Shown here: positions 33,389 through 45,785 of the stretch, in pieces
How positions within the stretch are numbered: position 1 is the first letter of the stretch
Layout of the letters: each line of letters starts with the position of its first letter
Source: Thelocarpon superellum
Taxonomy: Eukaryota
Assembly (NCBI GenBank): GCA_026025795.1
Contig: JAPEUG010000088.1
Coordinates: 1 to 51,276, forward strand
Direction of reading: 5' to 3'
Length of the DNA stretch: 51,276 nt
The notes under the pieces: model-generated
Database searches by the model: none
What the model was told of the DNA's origin: nothing
Seen by the model: only the letters and a program-made list of their open reading frames with translations
Made by a program: the position numbers and the translations under genes

Positions 33389-36300
33389 TCATTCCTGCAC
33401 TGGAGTCACAGGCGTAGGTGGCTGATGTTGCGACTGCTGCTGCTGACCAGAACTACTCCCCGCCTCTTGGTCCACGCCCCGCGAGTGAGCATGATCATTG
33501 CCGAGTAATTGTTGAGAATATCGACTGGTTCGGCTCCCGTGATGATGATGACCTTTCTTAGCCAAATGTCCTACGTCATGTTTGCCTGGTGCCCCAGTCA
33601 GCGTCCGTCCCAGCGGTCACGTATTCCCTCTTCACCCAAGCTCACCATCACAGCATGCCCGCACATTCTCCAATCGGTCCACATCATGTTCCTGTCGCGC
33701 GTAGGCCTCGCGAAGATCCTCCGCCGAGTCGTGCACCTCGCTCGCGTTGTAGATGCTCTCACGCGCGCTGTTGCGACTCTTGCGACTCGAGAAGCTGCCG
33801 CGGATGGCCGTGCCCGAGCGCAGCATCGTGCTGAACCGCGCCATCGATCCCGGCGGCCCGCTCGCTTGCGACGTGCGACTCGCCATCGAATTGACCACCG
33901 GCTGGCCCGAGGGCCCAAGGCGGGACCGCGACGGGCTAGCGACGTCGCGTCCGGGCGAGGTGTGGCGCGTCGTGCGGCTGTTGTAGGACGAGAGCGACGC
34001 CGCGCCGCGACTGTGGTTGCGACGCACCGACGACGGGTTGAACTCGTCCACGTCCTCGGCTGTCATGCTCGAATAGTACTCGTGCGGATCATAGGTCGGC
34101 GCGGAGGATCCTTCGGTCCCATTGCGCACGAGCAGATAGGAAAGTGCGTTGAACCACGTCTCGTGTAGGCGCTGCGTCGTCGCCGTAAACTTGACCGACC
34201 GGCCGGGCGTGACGACGACGATGCTCTTCCGGTGCAATCCCGGCGGCATCGGATTGTCATCCGTCACCACCTGCACCGACTCGATGTGCACACTCTTGGC
34301 CTTGACCTCCGCCCGTCCGGCCGTCGCCGGATTCGTCTCGCTCCAGTACAGCGTCCGGGTGTAGGGGTGAACCCAGAAGAAGCGACGGTGGCGCTTGTCG
34401 GATGTCTGCGAACGACCGGCCTTGCGCGTGTACTTCCAGAGGTACTCGCCGATCATGGTCGAGGTGATGGCCTGGATCATGCGGGGATCCGTGCCGGGCA
34501 CATCGAGGCTGTGGGTCATGAGTCCATCGGTGCGGATGTTGAATCGTTCGTCCAGCTCCGAGGCAAAGGACGACACCGACGACCGCCGCGTCCCCACTGG
34601 GGACGTGACGTCGCTGCGCGCCGAGTAGCGCGCACGTGGCGTCGTGCCACCACGCGTGTTGGGGCTCTGTTGAAATTGCGAGCTGGGCGTGTGGGGCCGG
34701 CGCGCCGACGTATTGGCGCGGTAGGCGGATGCGGGCACGAGCGGCGGACCCATGAGACCCGTCTGGTCCAAGGACACCCGCTGTGCCGCCGCCGCGATGG
34801 CCTGTTTGTGGTCCGGCGGCAGCGGCGGATGCGCTCCGGTCGAGCTCCGGACGCTTCCCGAGCTGCCCGGTCGCTTGAACGTCTTGAGCGCCGCAAGCTC
34901 CTCCCGGCTGAAGCCCGGCTCGGACAATCGAGTGCGAGCGCGGCCGACGCTGCCACCCACGCTCTCTTGCGACCTGTTACTGCGGAGCACCGGCGATCCA
35001 TGGAGCGATCGGGACGGCGAGAGCGGTGCCACCACCGCCGCCTTCTTTCCTTTATCTCTCATCAGATTCTCAATCTCCTCGGCCGACAGCATCGTCTGCG
35101 CTCCTTGATCCGCCACCTCCATGATGGGCTTCGCGGGCGTGCTGACCGACTTGCCCGTCACGATAGACAACGGCTCCCGATTCTCCGACCCGCGATCGCC
35201 AACGTTGTGCGAGATGTCGCCTAAGGGGGCTGGCCGTTCCTTCACAAGGACACCGGCCTTTTCCGGCGTCTCGCGAGGACTGGCATCATCCGCCGGTCGC
35301 AAGGGGGCCGATCCCGACGGCTTCCGCCAATTCAGTACCGATCCAAAGAGACTCCGTCGGGGATAGTCAACCACCCGGTCGGGAGTACCGCTCCCATCGG
35401 TCGGTGTGAATGCCCCCGGAGAGGAGGTCGAGGCCGACATCACCGTTGGGCTTGCCGTCGTAGGCGACGGTTGCAGAGGCTCGGTGGCTTGCGCACGGAT
35501 GGGGGAGAAGGCCAGGGGAGGTGGGGGCGGTGGCTGACGTGTCGGCTCGGGTGGCGCCTCCATCGACGAGGGTTCCAGCACCGGCTGCGTCTGCTGCGAT
35601 TGGATGCCCGAAATCTGCAACGGAGGTCCGCGCGACGTGCCGCTGATATCCAACGGGGCCGCGTGGAAGGAGTTGATCATCGATTCCGTCAAGGGATGGA
35701 ACGCCGGTGTTGGGCTGGGTTCCGACTGCGTTGCCACGGACGCGCTGGGGGCGCGCGCCGCGACGGTCGGCTTGACCAGGGGGAATTCTCGTGGCGGCCG
35801 GACCGGCTCCCACGGCTCGGTCATGATAGCCGCGTCTCTCATCTCCGCCCTGGGCGGCATGCTGCCCCAATTCGCCGGCGTCTTCTGAACCGTGTTCGGA
35901 CCCGAGCGGGGGGTCGCGCGTGACAGGAGGCTCGCCCGGCTTGGCGTATTATCCGCATCGACATTCGCGGTGTCGTCGTCCCCGTCATTGAGCTCACCCA
36001 GCTCCGAGTACAGACTCTGTCCCACGGGTCCAGCGGGACTGCTGTTGCTGACGAAGCTCGCCGGCGAATCTTTGGCCATGGCGGGGCTGTACGGCGAGGT
36101 CCCCAGCTCGGCGCTGGCGCGAGACCGGCGTGCCGGTCCGCCGCGGCCCATCTTGAGCCGATAGCGCTGTTGCTGCGGCAGGGTCGGTGTGCGCAGATCC
36201 GTCTCCACGTCGTCATCAGCCGACGTGGACGCGGTGCTGGCGAAGGAGTTGCGATTGCCGGGCATGGCCAGTGTAGCCTTGGGCGCTCGCGTGCCACGCA

Positions 36301-38128
36301 AGGTCCCACCTCGCGCGACACCGGCCTCGGTCTCGGTCAGCTCGTCACTGCTGTCGCCACCGAGGCTCTCGGCGCCGGTCTGGAAGGCATCATTGTCCGT
36401 CTCACGCTCGTTGGCTGTCTCAAAGGCGTCGCTGCTTTCGGTGGGCGGCTCGGCGACTCCTCCGCCAAACGTGGTGCGCTTCGCCGCCAGTGCCGCGTTC
36501 GGATCGCGGCCGACGCCGTTCTCGCCCATGTGGTCCTCCCATCCAGCCTCGTCCAGGAGCACCTCGTTGGTGCTGGCCCGGCCGGCGCCTAGCAGGGTTG
36601 GCTTCACCGGCTTCTTGAAGAGCTCCTTCTCGGAGCCGGGCTTGCGCCGCTTGGAGCCGCTGTTAGGCGCCCCATTCGATTCGTTGCGACGCATCTCGAT
36701 CTCATCTCTCGCTTCCTGCAACATGCGTTTGAGCTCGATCTTCTCCGTCTTCTCGCGCGTGATGTTGCCTTTGAGATTCTGAATCATGCGATGAGCATGG
36801 TGGAGGGAGCTCTTCAGCGTCTCGGATTCGAGCATGCTATGCCGCGGCGTGCCCTTGCTTGGCGATGGTGGGGGCGAATTCTCAGGGGTGGTGAACTCGG
36901 CCATGACGTCCATGTTGTCCTCGGACAGGTCGCCCACAGGCGCAGCGTCTTCGTGTCGCAGGCGTCCGGCTACGGCCTGGGCGAGCTCGTTGTTCTGGCT
37001 GTTGAGCTCCTCAAGCTTGCGTTGCAGCACCAGCTTTTCGCTCTCGCCCGCAGTGAGATCGCGGCGGAGGCTGGAGAGCTCGAGGTCGTGATGCTTGAGC
37101 ACCGCGGCATGATCCTCGCTCAGCTTCCCGTGGGCCTGACGTAGGTCGTCCAGGTCCTTCTCCGTCGTCGACTTCTCGGAGCCGGCGAGGGTGAGCTGGT
37201 GGGTCAGCTTCTGCTCGCGCTCGGCTGCATGTTTAAGCTTAGCGATGAGCTCGTGCATCTGCGTCTCCAAGGTCCAGTTCTCATCCTTGTAGCGCTGCTC
37301 GCTCTCGTCCAGGCCACGAAGACGCTGGGAGAAGCCCTCCGCCTCTACTTCCAATCGGGACTTTTCGAGCGTGACGGCCTTGAGGGACTCCTCTCGTTCG
37401 GCGATGACGGCCTGCAGGTTGCGCACCTGGGCGAGGAGCGACGTGCTGATCTCGGCGTAGAACTCGCTATCTTGGACGCCGTTGGCGGCTTGATTTCGGC
37501 CCCTCCGCGACGGCACGCTCATCTTGGAGGGAGAGTCCGGGGCATCGGACGAATATTTGTTGGGGCTAGCCGGGCGTCCACGGCCGTCGACAGGAAAGGG
37601 AGAGGCAGCGGCACCTTCGCCGGCAGCGAGGGTCGATTTGGGTCCCAACATGGCCCGGGCACTCTCGCGGCCCACCTCATGGTATTCCTTTTCAATGTCG
37701 AGCAGCTTCTGCTTCAGCTCAGGGCCAATCTCGCCGCTCTTCTGCTGCGCCTCAACGTCTTTCAGGCGACGGGACAGGTCACGTCGCTGCTGGACTAGGG
37801 TGGTGCCGAGCTTGGAGGCATCCTGAATCCGGCGTTCGGTCTCGGCGAGGTGGGCTTCCAAGACCTGCCTCATCTGCGAGGGTGACGATGCGGATGCGAG
37901 ATCGAAGAGTTGCGGATCAAACTGCGAGAAGCGGTGAGGCGGCGCATTGGCCGCGGTAGGAGTGCTTTGAAACGGGTCGTCGTCAGACCGGGCAATGTTG
38001 TATGGATTTCTGGACGACAAGGACGTCGATCTCGACAGTGTGATCGGGTTCGCATCCGAAGCTTGCCCGTTAGTGGGAAGGGGCACCGTGGATGGCACAG
38101 GCGGAGCGCCGCTCATCGTTGTTGACAT
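33389..38128 (-). CDS. apsA: Cortical dynein anchor / nuclear migration protein ApsA/Num1/Mcp5
   Basis: N-terminal coiled coil (DASKLGTTLV.., LESETLKSSLHHAHRMIQNLK), C-terminal PH domain (MIGEYLWKYTRK..HRRFFWVHPYTRTLYWS), LENVRACCDGKHDV after intron 33645-33586. Confidence 0.93.
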
Positions 38129-39678
38129 GGTTGACGTGAAACGCGGATCCGGTGGGGGTGACGAAACGACGCGGCGCGTTGTCCAGGACCACGATCAGGG
38201 AAGAGAGGTGATCAGTGAGGACTCAGGCGGAGGCAGCTGATGGCTCTGGGCGAGCGTTCATTCAATCTGCTCCACGCCGCTCATCACGGGAGGTTGGAGG
38301 AGGTGACGGTACAGCGGAAGCCAGGAAGGTGTTCAAGTCCAAGCCGGGCGGGCGGCAGAAAGGAGGGCCGTCGCCTGTACGCGTAGTGTGGGTGTGCAAG
38401 CGACGCTCACAGCGACGACGAGACTTCCGTCCGCATCGGTCGGGCTGCTGCTGCTGCCACGCTGCCGTGCTGCATCAAGGATACCCACGGGAGGGGCACC
38501 GGAGGAGCTGGAGGGGAGATGACAAGCAAAGTGGAGGATAGTGAGGACGATCGGAGGGATAGGTGGATGACCTGTCTGTGGCGTTTGATGCGTACGGCAC
38601 TCAAACAGCGCCTTGTTGACGGATGGACTGTGCCCTGTACGCTGCGACGCGCTCTGGGCACCTGGATTTCCTTGGCGACCAACTCTCAGGAGCGAGTATC
38701 ACTCAGTATGGTTCGGCCCAATGACGAGTACCGGTACGGGCGGGTCCGGCACGACTGCGGTACGGGGTCTCATCCAGATAGCTCTAGTCGCGCACACACG
38801 GAATCGCCAACGGAGGGGAGATCTCGTCCGTGGCCAACTAGCGACCATGCCCGCGTCTAGAAGCCTGGAACTACCGCCTGGTGAGCAGGACATGGACGGG
38901 CTACGGACCACGCCCATGCCCACGTCCACAGCCACGTCTACGCCGCGACCAAGCAATCAACAGCCCATGCAGTCAACCATCATCGGGACTCGTCTAGGTT
39001 GGGCACACCAAAAGCGCCCACCGCCCGGGGCAAATTGCACCTGATCCACCCACGATCCACTTCACGGCCATCGTGTTTCTCGGGCACGGCACGATGAGAG
39101 TGAGCAACATTGCTCAGGGGAGACGTGGGTCCTGTGCGACCCAGATGTTTGGGGCTCGCAGACTAGGAAGGTCGTTGCCATGAGCCAGACCCTATTGATC
39201 TGCTCACCGGAAGACGAGTTCGAGCCGGGACTATGATTGGCCCCGTGCGCAGATTAGCGTGTCAGGTACCGGTACTTGTCAGGTCGAGGTCGCTTGAGCC
39301 CTGTGCGATCAATTGCATCATCGAGGATGGACCAAATTCGGGAGGATGCAGCAGATCATTCACGTAGGACCTTGGCTGACCGCACCCGCCTGAGAGCACG
39401 AGTGATTCTTTGGTTCGAGCAGGAGAGCGCCGCTCCTGCAGCCAGCAGCGGGTATAGCTCAGTCTCCGATGCAGTCCTGGCCCAATCGGGGTCTCGGGCC
39501 TGGGCGAAGATTCGGTGGCGTTCCAACCAACATTACTCAGCCGAGCTTTGGACAAGGATGACATAGCATCTGTACGATGTGGCCTAGGGCGGGTGAGCTC
39601 ACGATATATCAGCGACCACGAGAAGCCCGACCTGATTCCACCGAACGAGACAAACTCGACCGCAACGAGGGGTGCAGG

Positions 39679-40830
39679 ATGGATTCTATCGAGACGGTGT
39701 CGTCGGGGGCGCCACCGAAAGAGCCCGTGGCGCTCTTCAAGAAACGATTCGGCAAGGCCAAGACGAGCTTCAGGAAGCGGCCGGCGACGCCACCGCCGAC
39801 CGGGTCCGATTCTGAGTCAAGAGAATACTCATCCGAGGAGGACGAGAATGGTCGGCAGATCAAGCGGCGTCGACGGCACGCGACCGTCATTACCGCCTCA
39901 TCGGGTGCGACACGGGCGACGACGAACAGCGTGGATGAGTTGCAGGCCTCAAAGCACGCCGCGGATCGCACGGCTGCCATTATCTCCACCAACGACGCCA
40001 CGCGACAGTCCAACTGGTACGACGAGGCCTCGGCCGATGCGCTCAGCTCAAAGAACCTGCTGGGCACCACGCGGGCCCGGTCTGGTGACGCTGTCGGCGA
40101 CGGCGATGGCGGCCCGCGCGATAGTACCTACAAAGGCGCGGCCAACTATCAGACCTTCATCCAGAAGAACCCCAACGCTCCGTCGCGGCAGGTCGGGCCT
40201 GTCAAGGCCCCGACTAACATCCGCACCATCACGGTAACTGACTTTGCGCCCGACGTGTGCAAGGACTACAAGCAGACAGGCTTCTGCGGCTTCGGCGACT
40301 CGTGCAAGTTCCTCCACGCACGAGAAGACTACAAGCAGGGCTGGGAGCTCGACCGAGACTGGGAGGTTGGGAGCAAGGGCAAGAAGGAGGTTGGCAGCAG
40401 CGGCCATGTCGTGGCGTCTGCCAGCCGGTCCTCCAGGGGACAGGCGGGCACCGCGGCCGACGAGGAGGATGACGAGGCCAAGGAAGAGGCGCTCCTCGAG
40501 AGCATCCCCTTCGCTTGTATCATCTGCAAGAAATCCTACACCAACCCCATTGTCACCAAATGCGGCCACTATTTTTGTGAGGCGTGCGCCCTGACGAGGT
40601 ATCGGAAGAGCCCATCCTGCGCAGCCTGTGGTGCCGGCACCGGAGGAGTCTTCAACGGCGCCAAGGGACTACGGAAATTGTTAGGCCGCAAACGGGCGAG
40701 AGCGGAGCGGATCCGACACGAGGAGGGCAGCGGTAGCGAGGACGAGGGGGAAGATGCTGCGGAGGGGAAGGCGAGAGGTGACCACGGTGCCGGCGACGAT
40801 CATGACGAGGAGGATGATCATGACGAGTGA
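39679..40830 (+). CDS. CWC24: Pre-mRNA splicing factor Cwc24 (CCCH plus RING)
   Basis: GPVKAPTNIR, DVCKDYKQTGFCGFGDSCKFLH (CCCH), IPFACIIC..TKCGHYFCEAC (RING). An alternative upstream in-frame ATG exists at 39577. Confidence 0.94.
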   Translation: MDSIETVSSGAPPKEPVALFKKRFGKAKTSFRKRPATPPPTGSDSESREYSSEEDENGRQIKRRRRHATVITASSGATRATTNSVDELQASKHAADRTAAIISTNDATRQSNWYDEASADALSSKNLLGTTRARSGDAVGDGDGGPRDSTYKGAANYQTFIQKNPNAPSRQVGPVKAPTNIRTITVTDFAPDVCKDYKQTGFCGFGDSCKFLHAREDYKQGWELDRDWEVGSKGKKEVGSSGHVVASASRSSRGQAGTAADEEDDEAKEEALLESIPFACIICKKSYTNPIVTKCGHYFCEACALTRYRKSPSCAACGAGTGGVFNGAKGLRKLLGRKRARAERIRHEEGSGSEDEGEDAAEGKARGDHGAGDDHDEEDDHDE

Positions 40831-42845
40831 GATGTGCCTTTAGTCATGAATGTAAAAAAGGTAGCCCTGTGAGATCATAGGAGCGGGGGCTAGAAGCTTT
40901 TCGCACTTCCACGCTGCCGGTGATTTGTTCCTCACGGTCAGCGCTGATACGACGATGTTAGCCAAACGTCATGCCTGCAGAGACTTCTCTTTGCAGATAT
41001 CTGCTAGTGGCGTTCTCTTGGTAGAATTTCCTTCGTTCATCGCCATCGTTCATACGAGTCCGATCGTTCAACACCAACAATAGATCTTACCCCAGCATTC
41101 ATGCACCATGCGTTCGTTCAGGGGAAGCCGATTCAAAGCGGCGCTCGAGAGGATGGAGGATAGCATATGATGCCATAGTCGCTCAACTTGGGATCAAAGT
41201 GATGAATGTAGCAAGTCCCTGACGTGTCATCTTTTGGCACCATTGTTGCGTGGAGGAGCATCTTGTCCCACAAGCGATGCGCTACGGCGGCCATCGCCGA
41301 CCATCATGCCTCGGGTGTAGGCGATCATTATGCGCCCGCGGTGTCTGAGCGTGTTTAGCTAAGCTTCCTCTAATTGCTACTTGTCTGTACGTTGAGAGTG
41401 AAGGATCCTGGTATGATTACAACGGATGTGCACGCTCGTTGCGGTGCAAATAGAGCGATCAGAATCACGAGCCCGCGCGCCCCTGGTCCCGCGTGGGAGA
41501 TCAATTCCTGGCGACACGGTGTCAAGCGAGAGTGGCAGGGATCGGGCCGACTTCAGCGCGCGGCGACGGGGTCGACTCCGTGAGCCAGGCTAGCGTGGAA
41601 GACGTTTCACGGCCTTCTGGAAAATCAAAAGTGTCAGGCTAGACGGAGATCGTCGGCCACTCAAGGGATCATAGATCGGGAGAATATGGGGATAAGGTGT
41701 ACGGGGCATCGTGTCGGCATCTTGACTGATAGACCAACACACCTGTCACAGGTGGGTTGTCGCTCCGTCAGTTCCTAATGAGACGTAGACCGTCGACATC
41801 TGCCATTGAGATTGGCGCACACTCCAGGTGCTCGTAGATGACCGGGACCGAAAGAGCCGGAGACAGCCGAGACGAATGCTCATGGCAGGTAGACGACCTT
41901 TTCAAAAGTAACGATTGTTGCCGTGCCGGCTCTTAGGCCGAAGAGACGGTAGAGGGTAATTTGACGGATGTTTTGCAGGATGCCCGCAGGGTTACCAGCT
42001 GTTTACGCGGCTCCAGGAAAGAAAGACTCGGTTGCCGTGGCCTCACGCCATCCTACCGGACCACGTCAGGGTTTCACTGAGGTGAGAACTCTCGCGGCAA
42101 GCCACCACTTTGCGCGGCGACCATCAATTGTAGGGCTGCCGTGGATGTTGATCGTCCAACTGTCGGAGGTATCTTAGCGCGGATGCTGGTGTCGATCCGC
42201 AGTTCGAAGCGGCGAAGGAGCGGTGTCTGGAGGCGATGTGTCGGCGGCGGCCGGTGCGCCAGCTGGTTTGGCCCGAACAGACAGGGGGTTTCCTGAAGTT
42301 GCGGGTGGCTCGTTCGCCGTACTAACAGCGGCCCCCGGATGGTCCTGCAGCCTCGGATCTTTGGGGCAACTCCGCGCAACTTTGCGCAACGTGAGCAAGC
42401 TGTAACGTCTCCTGCCGCACCAGACCATCGTTTCACCCTCTGGCCGGCATTCACCGTAGGTGCCGAGGGGCTACCCCGCCCACGCGAGCCTTCTGCTTCT
42501 CGGACGAGCAAGTTGATTATGGTTCTGTCGCACCGTGACCCGCCAAAGATGGTTCCGTCCGGCCTGTTCTACTGACCTCGTGCACCTTCGATCGTCCATC
42601 ATGCTACTTGTTCTGACCTGATGCAGCCTTCTAGCTCTCCTCGATGCGGGAACCCCTCGTTCCGAAGACAGGGTTTCCCTTAGCGTGAAGGTCCCTCATC
42701 GTGAGGTACGATCAAGAGCCTTGACTGGAAGATGAGGGAATGCCAAGTGCTCGATCAACCGGCCCCGTCGCTCGCTGACGCCCCCGCGGGAGGAGGATGA
42801 TCATGAGAGTATCTTGGCAGGATCGATCTCCAGTGAATGGCGGCC

Positions 42846-42851
42846 TATAAA
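42846..42851 (+). promoter_or_regulatory. TATA box (TATAAA) of the small secreted protein gene
   Basis: CTATAAAG about 200 nt upstream of ATG 43048, followed by a CT-rich leader and a possible 5'UTR intron (GTGAGT at 42925). Confidence 0.55.
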
Positions 42852-43047
42852 GAGGCTGTAGACGTCGGGATGGACGTACCTGCCGCACGCTTCGACTCGA
42901 GCCTCTAATCACCCACCATCTTCTGTGAGTCTCCGCGAGGAGTCCGGTATCCATCACGTTCTCTTTGATAGAGACATATATTCAGTCCTATACTTGCCAT
43001 CTCTCCATCCTTCTCGTTCCGTCCTCACACCTCCCTTATCCGCCATC

Positions 43048-43434
43048 ATGAAAGCCTTCCAGCTCCTGCTTCCCCTCGTCTTCGCCCTCGCCGTCCAGGC
43101 CGCTCCCGTCCCACAGACAGCGCAAACGGTTCCAACCAGCACGGGCGGCGCCACCGAGGTCGTCACGACCAACGGCAACGCGGCAGCTGCCCAGCCCCAG
43201 GTGCAGGCACAGGTCACCACCACCCCGGTCAACTCCGTCACGGGAGAGTCGGTTGAGCCCGCTGTGGCCGAGGCAGATGTTAATGGAGGCGGAGATGGAG
43301 GCGTTGTGGGTGATCTCCTCGGCAACGGAGGTGTAGTTGGAGCTGCTGGGGGAGCAGTCGACGATGTCCTCGGGCTCGCAACCGGCGTGGTCGGCGACGC
43401 TGTCAATACCGTTCTCGGCATTCTCCGAGTATGA
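43048..43434 (+). CDS. Small secreted cysteine-free protein (128 aa)
   Basis: Signal peptide MKAFQLLLPLVFALAVQA|APV, Thr/Gln/Ala-rich middle, Gly/Val/Leu/Asp amphipathic tail. The 3' end could be extended if GTATGA (43429) is a donor. Confidence 0.8.
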   Translation: MKAFQLLLPLVFALAVQAAPVPQTAQTVPTSTGGATEVVTTNGNAAAAQPQVQAQVTTTPVNSVTGESVEPAVAEADVNGGGDGGVVGDLLGNGGVVGAAGGAVDDVLGLATGVVGDAVNTVLGILRV

Positions 43435-44551
43435 GTACAACTCACTGGCGCCTATCCCACACGCGCGCACACGCGCACTCGCCCACACGAATCTCCCGCT
43501 CCGCGCCGGAGTGATTGCAAGGGGGCGAGGAGAGGCGAGACCGGGCAGTCCGCCGAGGGTCATCAGGAATGGCCCCATGCTGACGATGGGGAGGCAAGAA
43601 GGCGCCTGGATCCACGGGGACGAAGTGGACAGGAGACGGAGGACGGCACTCATCACACTTCTTCTTCTCTTTTTCACACTGCGCCCTACACCACTTTAAC
43701 TTCACCTCTTTCCACGTCGGCCCTGCTAGGTGGCTGGCCTACTGGTATTCTTGACATCTTTTCGCAGCCAATCACGCAGTCGGTCTCTTCCCTGGAGCCA
43801 AGCCCACTTAGGTAATCGACATGCTTCCTCTTTGATGCTGGGTCGTACTTCCGCATGTGGTATAGAGGCGTTCTTTGTAGCATATTATCATAGATCGCGT
43901 GCGTCGTTCCCGAATACCATGTCAAAAATAATGTTCATCTTTTCTCTCACGTCCACATCTTCACGCTGATACGTACTTTATAGGCCCTGTGCTGGCGGGA
44001 AGAGTAGAAATGGGAGATATCATTGCTCAAGCCTTAGCTGAACTGAGCAAGGGCGGGCTATCCGATCCTGTACGACCATAGTACCCGCAGAGGATGTCCA
44101 ACGCCTGGTGCGATCATGACGCACCCACAAGTGCAGACCCATCCTTGTACGAAGAACATCAAATCCCATGCCACACAGCAGCTCCTCAGCACTGGGGAAG
44201 GCCCTCGGTCGAGATCGGCTTGAAGGTTGCCGACGCCGAGGACAGAGAGAACGCGTATATACAAGGTGATCGGGCAGGAAAGATGGAAGAGGAAACGCCA
44301 GAAATGCCATAGGGTGGTGATGGTGATGATGGCGAGGTGAAGGTGTTGAAGTTCTCGTCGTGTAGGCCCTTTTCGAATCCCAGAAGAGGCCCCCTCGTAC
44401 CTCGTCGCATGCATCCTTCTATGTACCGTGGTCAGGTGCGCCATGTCCCGACGCTCGCAGCGATCGCAGATGCCAGATCGCAGATCCCGTCTATGATATT
44501 CCGCTGCGCAACAAAGAAAGTCGTCAAGGATGACTGCCGCAAGGCGGGCCA

Positions 44552-45785
44552 TCAATCATAGATCTCGCCAATGTGCCGTTCGCTATCGGGCTTCCACGTG
44601 CCTGCGTGCGTTGAATCAGCGTTCGTCGTTCGTCACGATGCGAGATGGCGTACCCTCAAAATCATGCTTGACAAAGGCCATGGGATCGTCTTCATCACCA
44701 GCACCCATGGTCTTGACCCCCGGGCTGAAACTTGTAATGGGAAGGACGATGACGTCGCCCACCCGCTTGCCTTCCTTCATGCCCGTAAAGTTCTCAAACG
44801 AGATATTGGCCCGGCTACCCGTCATCTCGAAGTAGTCAGGGTTGTTGAAGAAGGCGAAGAGCTGGTCCGTCCACAACGCCGGACCCGTAAACTCCACGAT
44901 GCTCGTGTCCATGTCCTTGGTCAGGGTGCCTTCCCTCTTGCGCTTGAGCGTCTCTTCGGTGATGGCGGCGACCACCTCGCGCAGGACGGGATGTCCTGGC
45001 TTGGACTGGATGGTCCATTGGCAGAACTGGATCCGCCGTGAATACCAGTCGGCCCAGTCCGGACGATCGGGATCGGCCTCGATGCCGACCACCAGACCAA
45101 ACGATGAGCGCGGGACCGAGTCAGGCACCCACTCGGGTGCCGACTTGATCGCGATCGTGTCGATGTCAGTGTAGATGCCGCCGCGCGCGAGGAGGATCAG
45201 GTAGCGGAAAAAGTCGGCCTTCATGATGGCGAGCGGGAGAGCCTTGTAGGCATCGAGCACGGCGGGCACGGCGGCGTACAGGTGTCGGATCAGATGTACC
45301 GCCACCTGGTCGGTGATGACCTCGTGCACAAAGCCCGGGTGTTTCTCCGTCCAGCTGGCCTCACCAATGCGGAACTTCTCGAGGAACTCGCCCGACCCGG
45401 GAGTGACCTTCCACGTCTGCCAGATGTAGCCGGGGAATTTTCCCTCGACGTCGTAGGGAAATTGGTACCGCAGCTGCTCCGTGAGCGACTTGCCCGTCAT
45501 ATCGGTCATCGTCTGCTGCTTGCCGTCCTTTACATGGGGCGTCATGGTCTTGGCCTTCCACTCCGACGCTGAAAGGTCAGAGACACCCTGTGCCGGACCA
45601 GTGCTGGAGCCTTTCGGCGCCGAGTCAACCTCTGAGCCATGAGCCGGCTCGGCGTCGGGCTGAGCCTGGTCGTGGACGGCGGTGGCCGACAAGGGTGAGG
45701 AGTGGGACGAGTGTGACGATCGGAAGAAGTAGACGAGGGTCAGGAGGCACAGTGCCAGCAGCAGCGCTCGTCGAAAACTGATCAT
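44552..45785 (-). CDS. OCH1: Initiation-specific alpha-1,6-mannosyltransferase Och1 (GT32)
   Basis: Type II anchor, FPYD..FPGYIWQTWK, KADFFRYLILLARGGIYTDID (DxD), IEADPDRPDW..QFCQW, TGPALWTD. Intron 44653-44602 gives HDFEGTWKP. Confidence 0.94.

Noticed and set aside
33509..38055. Long antisense ORFs opposite apsA and other genes
   Set aside because: Expected shadows of GC-rich codon usage; no independent protein features.
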